Shown here one piece after another: positions 23,606 to 37,197 of a DNA stretch of 64,000 nucleotides. How positions within the stretch are numbered: position 1 is the stretch's first letter; each line of letters begins with the position of its first letter. The position numbers and the translations under genes are program-made. The notes under the pieces were generated by a model. It did no database searches, was not told the origin of the DNA, and saw only the letters and a program-made list of their open reading frames with translations. The DNA comes from Centroscyllium fabricii. Its lineage: Eukaryota. The stretch spans positions 261,516,001-261,580,000 of the forward strand of contig JBNRSN020000007.1 of assembly GCA_051313645.2 (NCBI GenBank), written 5' to 3'.

Positions 23606-26600
23606 ATTGGAGTAGATCTTTTGTATACATTTTGGGCCAACTTTAAAACTTCAGCAGTCTGTGCTATTCTACAAGCAACGTTAAGCATCAAATAATGGAA
23701 TGCAATGTTTATTAGTATATATGGCATTGCTATTCAACATCAGACTATTAAAATCCTTTCTAAATGTTAAATCTGATATCTCATCAGTGTGTACATTAAT
23801 TGCCATGCTTCTCTATCATTTGCATGGCTTTGTCTTATCCATCACAGTCAACTTTTCTGTACAGTAAACAAATTGCTTTGTGTATCATTCACGCCTCAAT
23901 AGCAAAATTGTGTTTTCTCCAGCATATACAAGAAAAGGACTGGCTTATTTTGGAAAAAGTACATCAACAATTCTTCATTAATTTAACTGATGAAAATTTG
24001 AAGGAAGATGAAGTTTCTTTGAATAACGAAACCTGAGCTCAATTTTATTGGGTTGTTACTACTTTTGTTCTCCGAAATGTATTCATGTAGTTCATCTGCA
24101 GTAACTATAGCTTTTCCGAATATGCTTCCATTGGCTCTGTAAATTGAGTGCTGCTGTAAAATGATGTAAAACCCCTCTACCATTCAGTAGAGCAAAGCAA
24201 TAGAGCATTTAAATGTTCTCACATTTTTTCAAAATGTACAGATGTGACAAAAAAGCTATTCAGAATCGTAGAATCAATTTATGAAACAAGCACATACAAA
24301 AAAAAAAGGTTTTATCAAAACTGATCCGGTATTGGAACCTTTTAGGATGTGTTCTTGGATTTTGCAGCCAAAATTTTATGGTATTTGTCTCATTTGTTAT
24401 GGTTACTTCCTGAATCTAGTAGTAGCTTAAAGTGGTTGTTTATATGTAGATAACTAGTTAAGATTTTAAGCATACAGATGAAGATAAATTATGGAGAGAA
24501 CCATTACGTGTTTTGATTGACTGACTTAAGAATCCTGTTAGGTGCAAGTGTCCTGTTCAAAAAAGTTGGTGAACATTCATAAAAACGTGAAATAAGCACT
24601 ACCTAATAGCTTTTGTCCAAATATACTTTTTACCGTGTAGTATTCTCCATTATTCCATCTCCATGTTGCACAGTGCCGTGTTTAGAAGATTGCCAACTAT
24701 TTGTTGACCATGTTCTCATTCTTTTTCTTTTAATAACAGCTTTTAGCAGAAGAAATAATTAACTTTTTGAACATTCAAGATGCCATTACTTAAACATTAA
24801 ATCAATGAACGAAGATTTTAATTTCAAAAATTCACTATCTGGAATCGTGTTTGGTTATAATGCAACGATGATAAATCTGTATTGGTTATTTTGAATGGTT
24901 TCTCATACTTTTCTCATCTGAGGAATTGATTATCTACACTTGTGCCCAAGCTTGAATGCATTTCGGGCAAGATCATGATTGACTAGAGATGGATGAGATT
25001 TGTTACTCACCCCTGAACTATCATTGTTAGTGGACTGTTTTTTAAAAAATGATTTTCCATAAAGAGATGTCTGGAGGCAAGGTTGCCTTCTAGCTTGAGT
25101 TTCTTTGTGATAGTCTTTCTTTTATTGGAGTGATGGTACTTTCTGATTAAAAATATGCATGCATAGAATGCCATAATTTCACAAAGAAAATGCTCATTAT
25201 AATTTTCTATGTATTTAAAAATAATTCCCCACAGTGCTGCTTCCAGCTCTCTGACTCCTGACTGAGATGTCTGCATACAGTCTATAAACAGTCTTTCGTC
25301 TCTAACATCAAGACAGCTGTTGCACCAATTCTGAACCACATTCCTCAGCTCTGTTCTTAAGACTTAGCTAATTGCCAAAACCTTCTGCGTTTCTACCCAA
25401 CTATTACAAAGTTGTGATAATGCAGGAGAAACTGAACAGCTGATATTTTGCTGTAATTGACGAATACCAAAGGAGTTGTTTATAATCATTTTTCGAGCAG
25501 TAATTTACTGTTACCAAGGTCCTTCACAATCCAAGAGTACATGGGGCTGTAGCTGAAAATGGCTAAATATAAATATTCCTATTTTTACTTGACCATAGCA
25601 TCAAGATAGTATTTTTGTTGGTCTGCTTTAATTGTATTTAACAGAAGTTATGTGTTACTGAAACTTTGTAGTAATCTTAACTGAGAGCCCAGTGATATTG
25701 TAAATGATAATGTGGAGGTGCCGGTGTTGGACTGGGGTGGACAAATGCAAAAAGTCACAACACCAGGTTTATAGTCCAACGTTTTATTTTAAATCACAAG
25801 CTTTCGGAGCGTCGCTCCTTCGTCAAGGTGAACAGAGAGAGACTGAACTTAAACATCACACATCAGGGGAGGGGAAAAATCCGATCTCTTACACATCTCA
25901 TTCTGTGGAATGAGATGTGTAAGAGATCGGATTTTTCCCCTCCCCTGATGTGTGATGTTTAAGTTCAGTCTCTCTCTGTTCACCTTGACGAAGGAGCGAC
26001 GCTCCGAAAGCTTGTGATTTAAAATAAAACGTTGGACTATAAACCTGGTGTTGTGTGACTTTTTGCATATTGTAAATGATGCATTGCCATCTAATTTGGA
26101 AAAAAAACCAACTTTGGCAACTACAACCTAGAATGAACTTTTCGTAAAGGCTTTGTCAATTGAGATTGTGTGGGCACTGGGTGGTGATGTTGGGTATGAC
26201 CCCTTTTACCTTTTGGCGTTTACTTCTGCCCAGAATGGTGGGATGAAAGTCTAGTCTATCTAACCACTGTCAAGGGTTCTGAGGAAAATATTTGGGTGGT
26301 CTCATTGGTATGAAAATTAACCTTAAATTTACACCTACTTAATTGTTGCCTTTAATGTGCCCCTAAGGTGAAAGAATGGGTGAGGAGGAAATTCTGTAAA
26401 ACAATATATAACGTAGTACTTCCCGGTGGCCAGTAGTAAGAGACCAAGAAAAGAATATGGCACACTGAAGTGGATGTGATTCTTCAAGGTTGGCATTCTA
26501 GCATATTGTTCGGGCCAAGTAAAATGAACTATACTTGTCCCTCTGACCTGGAAATGCCTTCTGCTACCACTCAGTTCCCAAAGTCTGAAAGTCTTCAATT

Positions 26601-28830
26601 CCCCAGCACCAACATGTCTGAACTTGAGCGCAAATAAATTGTAAAATTTTTATTTACCTCTTAGAAGTACAGTTTTAGTAGACCAGCAAAAAAGGTACAG
26701 CCTTTTCAAGAAACCTATACTGCACCTATCTGCAATTGCTCACATCGGAGATATTTAATGACCATTTATATATTTTACTGATTTGAAAGAAAATGTGTGA
26801 CAATTATGATGTAGTTAATTTAATTTTTCTGTAACCTTGTTTTTAAATTTTGGTTGTGTTTTACATATTTCCAAAGATGTGGCATTTATTTTTTAGCTCT
26901 ACTGACATTTTCTGTGGGAGATTTGTTGGTTGATTTTCTGACTATACAGCATCACATTGATTAGCAAATGCACTTCATTTTCTGTGTGGCATTCTATACT
27001 TTACAATTTCTCCAGTCCCCTTCTCTTCTCTTCCCCCCGCCCCCACCACCACCGCAGAAAGAAAAAAAAGTTCTCCTGATACTAGTGTAATAAACTATTT
27101 GGCATGTGAAATCATATTAAAGTTTGGATGAAAGGCCAAAAATGCCTCCAATCAGACTTTTATATAAATAGGAATAATAGATGTGAGGGCGGGGGGAAGG
27201 TGACAACACCTGATTTGATTCACCTAATTTTGCTCCGTGTTTTGATTTAAAGCAAGCCAAAAAGGCTTGTAAATTATCCTCAGCCCTTGTGTTTGATGCA
27301 ATGTTTATTCATTTCAGATTGCAGTACATTCAGCATAAGCACTTTATTTTAACATGACAATCATTGCTGCAAATATGACATCATTGCAATGCAATTAAGT
27401 CAACGTTGCCAAACATAGGGAGTTCACAACTTTTTTGAAGTGTTCTGTGCATTTTCAACAAGATGCACAGTAAGGACTTTTCACTGAGCATAAGGGCTAA
27501 CTGATGAATTGTTCTGAAGCTGTTTTTATGAGAAGTGTTTGTAAATAATACTGTTGATAAAACTCTGCATTAGATGTCCGAGGACCAGAGTTTGCAGCAC
27601 ACTTTAACGTTTCAATACTGAATATCACACAATATTTAAATTTATTATACTTCAAACTGTAGGAGCATGAAATAGGCATTCCCTGAGAAAGGTAGCATTT
27701 TGCATATTCTATTAACACCTAAGGAGCAAGAATCCTGTATCATGGTAAAATTTCTATAAACCTCTGGTCTAAAGAAATTTGATTTTAGCACAGGCTGCAA
27801 TTTCGTCTTGCTACATTATTGTCTGTTAAATGATCTGTTATCAGGTTAATTGCCAAAGCAGACACTTCATTCTCCAGAAGTTAAGCTGTTAGAAATTCCT
27901 GCCTTGGTGAGTTCCTATATTTATAATGTGGCCAATTAAAGGTGTGAGTTTCTTACCTGTAATGCATGCAGGAGCAACTGCTCAAAACAGTTGGATGAGA
28001 ATCATTCAGTAGGAACTGAACAACTTGGGAGGGGGGGAAATTATAGTGTATGTTCGAGCTGCTGCACCTTGGTTCGGATTTGTTAGAACTGATGCTGCTC
28101 CTGTATTGTACAAATGCCTGGGTTGAAAAGCAATGGTGTATCTGGATTTTTAGAGGGGAAATCTAATGGTGAGTGTGTACATCAAATAAAAACTTTCACT
28201 GATTAGTTCAGTGTTGGTATTTACTCATTACCAAAAAATTACTTCCCCTTCATAAATTAAGAATTTGTTCTCATCAAATTCACCCCTGATGTAATAAATT
28301 ATAATCTTTTAATGTGATTTTTCTCTTCTCTCCCCCCCCCCCCCCCCCACCATACCTATCATCACCAGCAATTCCCATAAGTAATCACTTATTCGATAGG
28401 ATATTAATTGAACTGGGTGCTTTGCACTGAAATGAAACTAGGTTTCATAACATCAACTGCACTGCAGCAGTACTTGACAGTAATCTACCATAAACATAGT
28501 AAAAATTACTATCATAGAGTTGTGAATTCCTGTATAGTGATGCAGAGATTTGGCAATATACAAAAATTGACAATGTTGTCATTTCGTATGATACACCATG
28601 GTTATAAATAGATTAAACACATATTGAGTTCTCACTTGTGTTTCTAATTAGTTGTACACCAATTCAACATTCTTGAATTTCTTCAAAATTTATGATTACA
28701 ATTTTCATAGTTTTATATTGTGTACCCATAAAACATGAAATACATTAATTATTGGAAACCATTTTTATAAAAAAATTACTTGTTCTGTGGCATTACTCAT
28801 GAACAAAAATAAAATAAAATTTGTGTATCA
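23606..28830 (+). other. DLGAP4: Putative long DLGAP4 3'UTR
   Basis: AT-rich and nearly repeat-free after the stop; AATAAA at 28185 and 28808; TE density rises after ~29 kb. The end point is inferred. Confidence 0.5.
25709..26066 (-). mobile_element. Penelope-like family A palindromic insertion
   Basis: TSD ATATTGTAAATGAT (25695-25708, 26067-26080); arms ~25745-25903/25908-26068; one-sided 36-bp tail. Confidence 0.88.
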
Positions 28831-29099
28831 TCTCTCCACATAATCATCTTGTTTTACCCTAATTCTTGCATATTCCTGTGTCTTTTTTGTCTATTTTCAG
28901 AACTTTGTGTTTCCATTTTTCTATTCCAGGTGACGCTGACATTTTCTCTTGTAACCTTTGTAATTGTCTTCGATAAGTTGGTCTGTGTATATCCCACATT
29001 TTGTGTATAGTTGTGATCATTTCTGTCGCTGCAGATTCCACACGTACCCAGATGATGCCTAGCTCTACCTCTCATCACCTTTGGATCCCTCTGCTGCTT

Positions 29100-29670
29100 C
29101 TGTGTTGTTGGACTGTTTGTGACTCATCTGAGACGAGACTGGATGTCAATTTCCTCAAGCTGAAACATTGGGAAGTTTGAAGCCATCATCATGGACTCCT
29201 GCCATAACCTTTGTCCCCTTCTCACCGATTTCATTCCTCTTCCTGTTTCTGGATGAACTGTTCTCAACCTCTGTCCATTTTGATCCTGAAATGAGCATCT
29301 ATCCCCATATCCTCTCTGTTCCCACCATTGTCTTACCTGCAGAACCCCTTTGCCATGCCTTTGTCACCTCCAGGCTTGACTTCCATTGCTTTCCTGCTTT
29401 GTAAGCTTTAGTTCATCCAAAACTGCCTGTAGCTTATCCTGTTCACTCTTGGCCTTACTGATCTACATTGGCTGTTGGTTTGTTTACAGTTCTAATTTGA
29501 AATTACATATCTCTAACCTTCAGTTTTACAACCCCTTTACCCAGAGATCTATTTTGACTTTGGCCTCTTGTACATCCTGCCCTCCTTTTGCCCCACCATT
29601 GATGGCCATGTTTTCAGGCCCCACACTCTGATATTCCCTCCATAAATCCTTTCACCTCTTAAAATCATTT
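29100..29670 (+). mobile_element. Highly degraded L2 LINE 3' fragment
   Basis: HAFVTSRLD motif (CATGCCTTTGTCACCTCCAGGCTTGAC). Confidence 0.6.
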
Positions 29671-30675
29671 TGTCAGTTACGGAGATATTTTTATATGGGG
29701 GAGCTAAATACAAGTTGTCATTGGTGAGTGGATCACGACCTTGGTGTGTTTATGCTGTGATCTGGAGGAGATTGGATGAGGACTTGGGTCTGCAGTACTC
29801 AAAGATCTGGAACACAGTGCATTGATGTGATCGGGAAACATTAGATTTGTCATTGAAAGTTAGGAGTCTTATTCTACTTCAGAGAATCTTGCAAACCAAT
29901 GTCTAATTAGGGCTGCCAACTTTGTTTGGATGTATGCCTGGATGTTTCATTGCATGATGTTGTAACTCCCACTGCCCTGCCCCCCAAACTCCCGCCACTG
30001 GTCCTTCCCCACACGCCCAACCTCCCAGCACACGGTCTTCCCAGGACAATGGAAAGCAAACATTCTTCATGACTCAATTGGATGATTCTTGACTGCCAAA
30101 CAGCCTTTCTTACCAAAACTCATTTTTATGACTGCTGCATGAAAGCGTTCAAAGAAAATTTTAAAAAGCTTGATAATGTTCCTGTGATTTCTCTCGGGTT
30201 CTTCGCGGCAGTGTCCTGGAGATTAAACTTCAATGCCTTAAGATTCCTGGATGATTCTTAAACCTAGGCCGAGTGAATGGGTAGAATGGTTCCAGCTACA
30301 CCAACAGCCAGAAGCTCACCAATGCTCTGCTATGCTGCACAGTTTCACCTGATTAAACCTCATTCTTTGCTGTTGGCAGACTGGCTTTGTCCTGAATTTA
30401 GGAACATGGTGTCTATAACTACAGGGAAGAGAGAACGTGTGCTCCATATTCAGGCCAATGTTCACTATTTGAAGTTCCATTTGTGGTTTCCGAGTAGGGT
30501 ACATCGTGGCTTCCCCCCGCCCCATGAAAAATAACAAACTTACTATATAATGGATAGTTTTAAATATATAGGGCGGAACTTCGCCAACTTGATTGGATTA
30601 TTGAATCGCTGCTGTCTATAAATTTGAAATTCGGATGACTGCGAGAAATAAGTTGCAGTATTTTGCTACCCTTGG

Positions 30676-30765
30676 TCTTAAGTCTAACAAAATGCATAAT
30701 TTGCGTCTTAAACCTAACAAAATGCATAATTTGCGTCTTAAACCTAACAAAATGCACAATTTGCC
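30676..30765. repeat. 30-bp tandem repeat, ~3 copies, probably inside an old DNA element
   Basis: TCTTAAACCTAACAAAATGCATAATTTGCG repeated. Confidence 0.85.
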
Positions 30766-31139
30766 GTTTATAATAATGTTCATCGTAGTTTGTTATTATA
30801 TTCGGAAACCAAAGTCTTGCAATATTCTCGAGCTGAGATCCAAGGTTTGAAAGGAGGTCGAGCCAAAGTGAGCGTGTAGTGCGGGAGTGGAAAAGCTTTA
30901 ATAACAATTCCCGAGGAAAGGAGCAAGATTTTGCAGCCAGTGCATTCCCTGCCTGCCAGTTCGAGCTGGGGCTGGGGCTGGTTCCGGCCCGATCTCTGGT
31001 CTTGCAGCGTCCACACGTGTGCTGTGCGCGGTGTCCGGCTCAATGGGTCCACTGGAACCGGTAAGAGGCACCGCCCAGAGAAATGAGTGGCTTCAAAGCC
31101 CAGATGAAGAGTGGAATTCCAGGTAGAACTATATTGTGA

Positions 31140-31717
31140 CTTTTTTAGCAGACAAGGGAATTAGGGGTTACGGGGAGTGGGCAGGGAAGTGGACCTGAGC
31201 TATTGTTAGTATAGTAAGACCTGAGTGATCTCCTGGACAAGTTTCGATCGCCTAGATTGGGGTCGGAGAGGAATTTCCCGGATTTTCTTCCCAAATTGGC
31301 CTGGGTTTTTATCCGGTTTTTCGCCTCTCCCAGGAGATTACATGGTTTTTTGGGTGGGATGAAGGGTGATAGGGGGGAGGTAAGGAAACATTTCTTTACT
31401 CAGAGGGTGGTGGAAGTGTGGAACTCCCTGCCTGTAAGGGTGGTGGAGGCAGAAACCATCGCAACATTAAAAAAATATTTGGACCAGCACATGAAGGACC
31501 GTAACATACAGGGTTATGGGCCAGGTGCAGGCAAATGGGGTTAGTATAGTGAGGAGTTTCCTGGGCCGGTGCGGACTGGATGGGCCGAATGGCCTTTATC
31601 CGCACTGTAAAGTTTCTATGATTCTATAAGGTTAGGGTAGGATCAGCCATGATCTTATTGAATGGCGGAACGGGCTCGAGGGGCCGATTGGCCTACTCCT
31701 GCTCCTATTTCTTATGT
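31140..31717 (+). mobile_element. Nested CR1-type 3' ends (one tail interrupted by a composite element at ~31200-31627)
   Basis: RKHFFTQRVVEVWNSLP peptide; two different CR1 tails. Confidence 0.75.
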
Positions 31718-32350
31718 GACCCCCCCCCCCCCAAAAAATGTTTTGGAGATAAGATTTAAAGCGGCAGGATGCTAAAGTGTAAAATTCTGTTGGGTGGTTT
31801 TTAATTGGTATTTGGACCTAATTGTCCGTAATTTTAATTGCAGAAAAACCCACGACTTTAGCTGCTCTCAATATTGAATCTTGAGTTTGAGCTGCAAATT
31901 TTTCATTTTTGAAATTGAGGCAGATGCATTATCGCAAGGTTGGTCTTTAGCTGCTCGGAGTCCTGGTGTCGGAGTTGTGGCACAAGCAGTTTAAGAAAAA
32001 AAAATGGTTAGTCAAGTCAGGTGATAAAATTTAAAACATGAAAAGCACTTTTTTCAGTCCCGCACAGAAGGTTTGGATCTTGATTTAGAGCATAGACCTG
32101 GTGAGCAAGCTTTTTTTTTTGGTTGAGGAGATATGATTTAATGGCCCTCTGACGGTACAGACACAATCTGCTATAACTGTATCCTGCCACTTCTGGCCTC
32201 TAAATGAGACATTTCAAAACCACCGAAAGGTATTCTCTCATTTAAGTTGCATTGTCCTTTTGAAACCAGCTTGTTTCTGAAGTCAGGTTCTCAAAGTGCA
32301 GTGTAAACCGTTTAAATGAACAGATCAATACTGATGTACAGTATGTGATA

Positions 32351-32984
32351 CAGGTTGTGCACCGAAAATCCGTGTCCCTAAAAGCCGGCAGCTTCAGTTT
32401 GCCGGCACAAATTGCCCCGACTGCGCATGCGCAAGATGGCAGCCGCCATCGCGGCTTCGGCGAATGATCTGCGCATGCGCCGAGCGCATGCGCAGATCAT
32501 TCAAAACAGCTGCCGGGTGTTTTGAATGATCTGCGCATGCATCGCCTGACGGCCAGCGCATGCGCAGATAATTCAATACGGCCGCCGGTTATTTTCTCGA
32601 CAGCTGAGCCCCGTGACTGAGGCGGACAGTCACTAGGCAACAGCTGTCAGCCTGAGTCCGGCTCGGCGGCAGCAGCAACCCGAAAGGCGATGGAGAGGGA
32701 AGGCGGACCTACTGGGCCCGACCCGCGCCCGCACAACCCTCCTTCCCCCCCACTGCAAGACCGGCCTTTCACTGCTGCCCGACAGCCCTAAAAGGCAAAC
32801 GGAACGCCACACAAGCCTGAGCCCCTCAAAAAACTTCGCGGCGGCCATTATTGGTTGATCTGTGCATGCGCGCGGCCATTTTGAATGGTGCGCATGCGCA
32901 GTGTCCAACTTCGTTCTCCCGGTTTTTTCAGTTTCCCGGCACGGGCCTGGTCCCGGCCATGGCGGATTAATGGTGCACAACCTG
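32351..32984. mobile_element. Tigger-like MITE family A (reverse orientation) with promoter-like cargo
   Basis: TIRs and TA flanks; unique centre ~32590-32830. Confidence 0.88.
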
Positions 32985-33196
32985 TATTGCATTTTTGAGA
33001 GGCACATTAGGGTGATCTGCTGTCAAATTTTGTAACTGAGCTAGTTTGTGTCCTGAACCTTTTTAAAATTCAAAATACAGTGGTGCAAAATCCTAGTGTA
33101 TTTATTTCTGTTGTATCAGCAGGGCTTGGTAAATTACAGGTTGTTTGTGGCGTTACCCTCATATGTTGTAGAAGAGACGGCAAATGCAGTAAGTGC

Positions 33197-33584
33197 ACTG
33201 TGGCACAGTGGTTAGCACTGTTGCCTTACAGCACTAGAGACACGGGTTCAAATCCAGCCTCGGGTGACTATCTGTGTGGAGTTTGCACATTCTCCCTGTG
33301 TCTGCGTGGGTTTCCTCCGGGTGCTCCGGTTTCCTCCCACAGTCCAAAGATGTGCGGGTTAGGTTGATTGGCCATGATAAATTGACCCTTAGTGTTAGGG
33401 GGATTAAATAGGTGGGGTAACGGGGATAGGGTGGGATATGGGTCAGTGCAGGTTCGAGAGGGATATGGGGAGAAGGCAGGGATGGGGTGCTGGGTTTGGA
33501 TGATCAGCCATGATCTCATTGAATGGTGGAGCAGGCTCGAAGGGCCGAATGGCCTACTCCTGCTCCTATCTTCTATGTTTCTAT
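33197..33584 (+). mobile_element. HE1-like V-SINE
   Basis: Head, V-domain and tail as in the other copies. Confidence 0.9.
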
Positions 33585-34714
33585 GCACATGTTGGTACCT
33601 GTAAGTTTATTCAGTCATTACTGTGCGTGTGCAGTGAATCGTACAAACAGTGCACAGCTTATAATGACATCCAACAAGAACAAAATTGGCTGTACTTTTC
33701 TCCTAAAAAAACAATGCATCAATTGCCTCTATCCTTTCACTCAGGCTCAAATCTAACCCAGATTGATGGGGATTTAGGCCTCTTCTCTCTGCTGGCTGTA
33801 TGGGTCCTATGTGAAATTAGCTTAGATAATATCAGCACAGATTCTATTCAGCATGGATGAATAGCATAAACTGCCCCTTGTTTGGCACTAATTACCAAAC
33901 ATACAGACCAAAATGACCATTGGTTTGTTGCTCTTCTAAAGCTGAGGCTAATGCATATTGCTGAGGCAGAGTGAAGGGAGTTTTAAATTGAGCCTGATGT
34001 GCTCTTTAATTATGAAAAAAAAACTGCAAGGAAAAGTCCTGTAATGTAGAACGCCACAAAGGTGGAAAAGAATAGGAGAGAATATCAGAAAATATTGATC
34101 AGCTGACACCAACCTTAAAAGTACATGGATTGTTGAAGACAGACATAAGGGAGTTCATAGTTTTGAGATTCAGGGAAGAAGTGAATTAGAGTCGGAGTTA
34201 GTGTGACGTGTTGATTTAACAGGTTGAGGATGCGGGCAGGAAAAACAGTAGTGTATTTGGAGTTTGCCAGGAAGAAGAGAGGAAAGATCAAGGGAGTTAG
34301 ATATAATACTCACAACTAGGGGGATCAAGGGATATGGCGAGAAAGCAGGAATGGGGTACTGAGGTAGCATGTTCAGCCATGAACGCATTAAATGGCGGTG
34401 CAGGCTCGAAGGGCCGAATGGTCTACTCCTGCACCTATTTTCTATGTTTCTATGACAGATGAAATGTAATGCAGAGAATTCGGAAGTGATACATTTTGGT
34501 AGGAAGAATGAGGAGAGGCAATAAAAGCAAATGGTACAATTTTAAAGCGGTGTCGGTACGGAGAGACCTGGGGGTGGACGCACACAAATCTTTGAAGGTG
34601 GCAGGAAACTTTGAGAAGGCTGTTTAAAAAAAAAAAACAAATGGGACACTTGGCTTTACCAATAAGCATAGATTACAAAAGCAAGGAAGTTATGCCAAAA
34701 CTTTAAAACACTGG

Positions 34715-35334
34715 TGTGGTAAACCTGTAATACTGTTTACCACCACTGTTATACTGTGCTGTATATATGGGTGGCACAGTGGTTAGCACTGCTGTCTCAC
34801 AGCACTGGAGACCCGGGTTCAAATCCAGCCTCGGGTACTATCTGTGTGGAGTTTGCACATTCTCCCCGTGTCTGCATGGGTTTTCTCCGGGTGCTCCGGT
34901 TTCCTCCCACAGTCCAAAGATCTGCGGGTTAGGTTGATTGGCCAGGATAAATTGACCCTTAGTGTTAGGGGGATTGAATGTGTGGGGTTACGGGGATAGG
35001 GTGGGATATGTGTCAGTGCAGGCTCAATAGGGATCGAGGGATATGGGGAGAGGGCAGGGGCGGGGTGCTGGGTTTGGATGATCAGCCATGATCTCATTGA
35101 ATGGCGGAGCAGGCTCGAAGTTTCTATGTTTCTATATAGTTACCTCTTGTCCCACTGTATCTACCTGCGATGTCTCTGCCGGCTCCGCCCACAGGCTGTG
35201 GTATAAAGGTGGCAGCCCTGCTGACCCCTGACATTCCAGGACCAGACAGTGTTGAGACCTGTACTTCAGTTCTTTTGTTAATAAAAGCCTTGATTACCTA
35301 ATTCTGTCGACTAGCTGTAATTGATCGTGCATCA
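34715..35334 (+). mobile_element. Solo LTR containing an HE1-like SINE
   Basis: TGTGGTAA...GCATCA, 5-bp TSD ACTGG, TATAAA ~35202, AATAAA ~35280. Confidence 0.85.
34769..35134 (+). mobile_element. HE1-like V-SINE inside the solo LTR
   Basis: Family consensus; inserted in a TA run. Confidence 0.9.
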
Positions 35335-35889
35335 ACTGGTTAGGCCTCAGCTGGAGTATTGTGTTCAATTCTGGGCACCACACTTTAGGAAGGATGTCAA
35401 GGCCTTGGAGAGGGTGCAGAGGAGATTAACTCGAATGGTACCAGGGATGAGGGACTTCAGTTATCTGGAGAAGCTGGAGTTGTTCTCCTTAAAGCAGAGA
35501 AGGTTAAGAGGAGTCGTATTAAAGGTGTTCAAAATCATGAAGGGTTTTGATAGAGTAAGTAAGGAGAAACTTTCCAGTCGTAGAAGGGTCGGTAACCAGA
35601 AGAGACAGATTTAAGATGATTGGCAAAAGAACCAGAGGTGACATGAGGAGACATGGTTTTGCACAGTGAGTTGTTGTGATCTCGAATTCACTGCCTGAAA
35701 GGGTGGTGCCAGCAGATTCAATGGTAACTTTCAAAAGGGAATTGGATAAATACTTGAAGGGGGAAAAATGCAGGGCGGTGAGGAAAGGGCAGAAGAGTGA
35801 GAATAATAGAATAACTCGACCAAAGAGCCGACCATGGCACGATGGGCTAAATGGCCTCCTGTGCTGTATCATTCTATGATCAGAGGAGC

Positions 35890-36480
35890 AATGACTACGG
35901 TAATATTGATCAAATCTGAAGAGTCAAGATGCTTACAATGGAGAGAGGGTTTGGTATTGGAGCTGAGGAATGGAGTGCTGGTCAGATAACAAACTTTTTT
36001 CTGTATCCTATTCAAGAGTGAGAGACAGGTGCTACAATGGTGACTCCAGATATGAAAGCAGTATTTAAGTCTTGGACATATTTGAGTTTTGTTTTTAGTG
36101 AAGAGCCGTTGATGGGAATAGTGTTTGACACAAAAGAACAGATCCAGTGACAGTTGCAAAAATGAAAGTGATGGCAGAATTCCATTTGAAATCAGAGATG
36201 CGGAAAGACTTTCGGTACTTTTATATTGTTTCTTTTTGACTTTGCCAGGGAAAATGACCTTGTTACTCTCCTGTCTTTTACTTTCATAGTTGGATACTGA
36301 TGGTGCTGGGCTTTGTTGTAAAATATGGAGATCAAACTGCTGAATCAGTGGAAAAATACTTCCCATGTCTACTTTGGTGAAACTGGCTCCCATAGTTTGA
36401 TGAGTCTTTGATGCCAATGATTGTCCAAGCATGGAGTTTGTACACTGGTGTAGCTGATGAAAGTATCTCCTGTCAGCTGC
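35890..36480 (-). mobile_element. Ancient LINE RT C-terminal remnant
   Basis: QICPRLKYCFHIWS...LSLLNRIQKK resembles the RPxLEYxxxIW..LLDRIQ motif. Confidence 0.55.
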
Positions 36481-36786
36481 ATTCTTGTAATATTAAAACA
36501 ACGTATGATTGGACACATCAAAGACGCAAGGCGATAGCTTTTTACTGAGGGGCGAATTTATGAAATCATGTTCCGGTGGTGCGCTTTGCTTTCCTGTTAC
36601 GCACTCTCGGCAGAAAAGGGAGTGCACATTTGTAAAATTGACCCGCTGATCTAAAATTGATATTGGGTGTCTGAAGTGGAAAATGGTTTCATTCCCAAAT
36701 GCAGTACTTCTAATGCAGTAATTATGCTTACAATGTTTTATACTAAAACTTGCTTTAGTAAAGTGCAAATCTTGAATTAACAGCTG

Positions 36787-37197
36787 ACACAGAAACACAG
36801 AAGATAGGAGCAGGAGTAGGCCATTCGGCCCTTCGAGCCTGATCCGCCATTTTGATGAGATCATGGCTGATCGTCCAAACCCAGCACCCCCCCTCCTACC
36901 CTCTCCCCATATCCCCCCCTCCTACCCTCTCCCCATATCCCCTGACACCCCAACTCTAAGAACTATATCTCACACACATAATCATGGGCAATTTTAAAAA
37001 AAAATTTTAGTATCTCCAATTCACCTAACCTGCATCTCTTTGGGTGGTGGGAGGAAACCGGAGTACCCGGAGGAAACCCACACGAACACGGGGAGAACAT
37101 GCAAACTCCACGCAGAGAGGTCCCGGGCCAAGCAGGATTCGAACCCAGGAGCTCCTTATTGCGAGGCAGCAGGGCTAACCACTGCGCCACCGTGTCG
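36787..37197 (-). mobile_element. HE1-like V-SINE, variant subfamily
   Basis: Different head and linker but the same V-domain and tail; short internal tandem duplication at ~36886-36942. Confidence 0.85.

Larger units (their letters stand above)
34290..35878 (+). mobile_element. CR1-type LINE fragments, interrupted by a solo LTR and a SINE
   Basis: LVRPQLEYCVQFWAPHFRKDVKALERVQRR; CR1 tails at ~34450 and ~35875. Confidence 0.85.

Noticed and set aside
25709-26066. Interpretation as a standard DNA MITE or pre-miRNA
   Set aside because: Asymmetric tail, long locus-specific TSDs and hammerhead motif fit a Penelope-like retroelement product better
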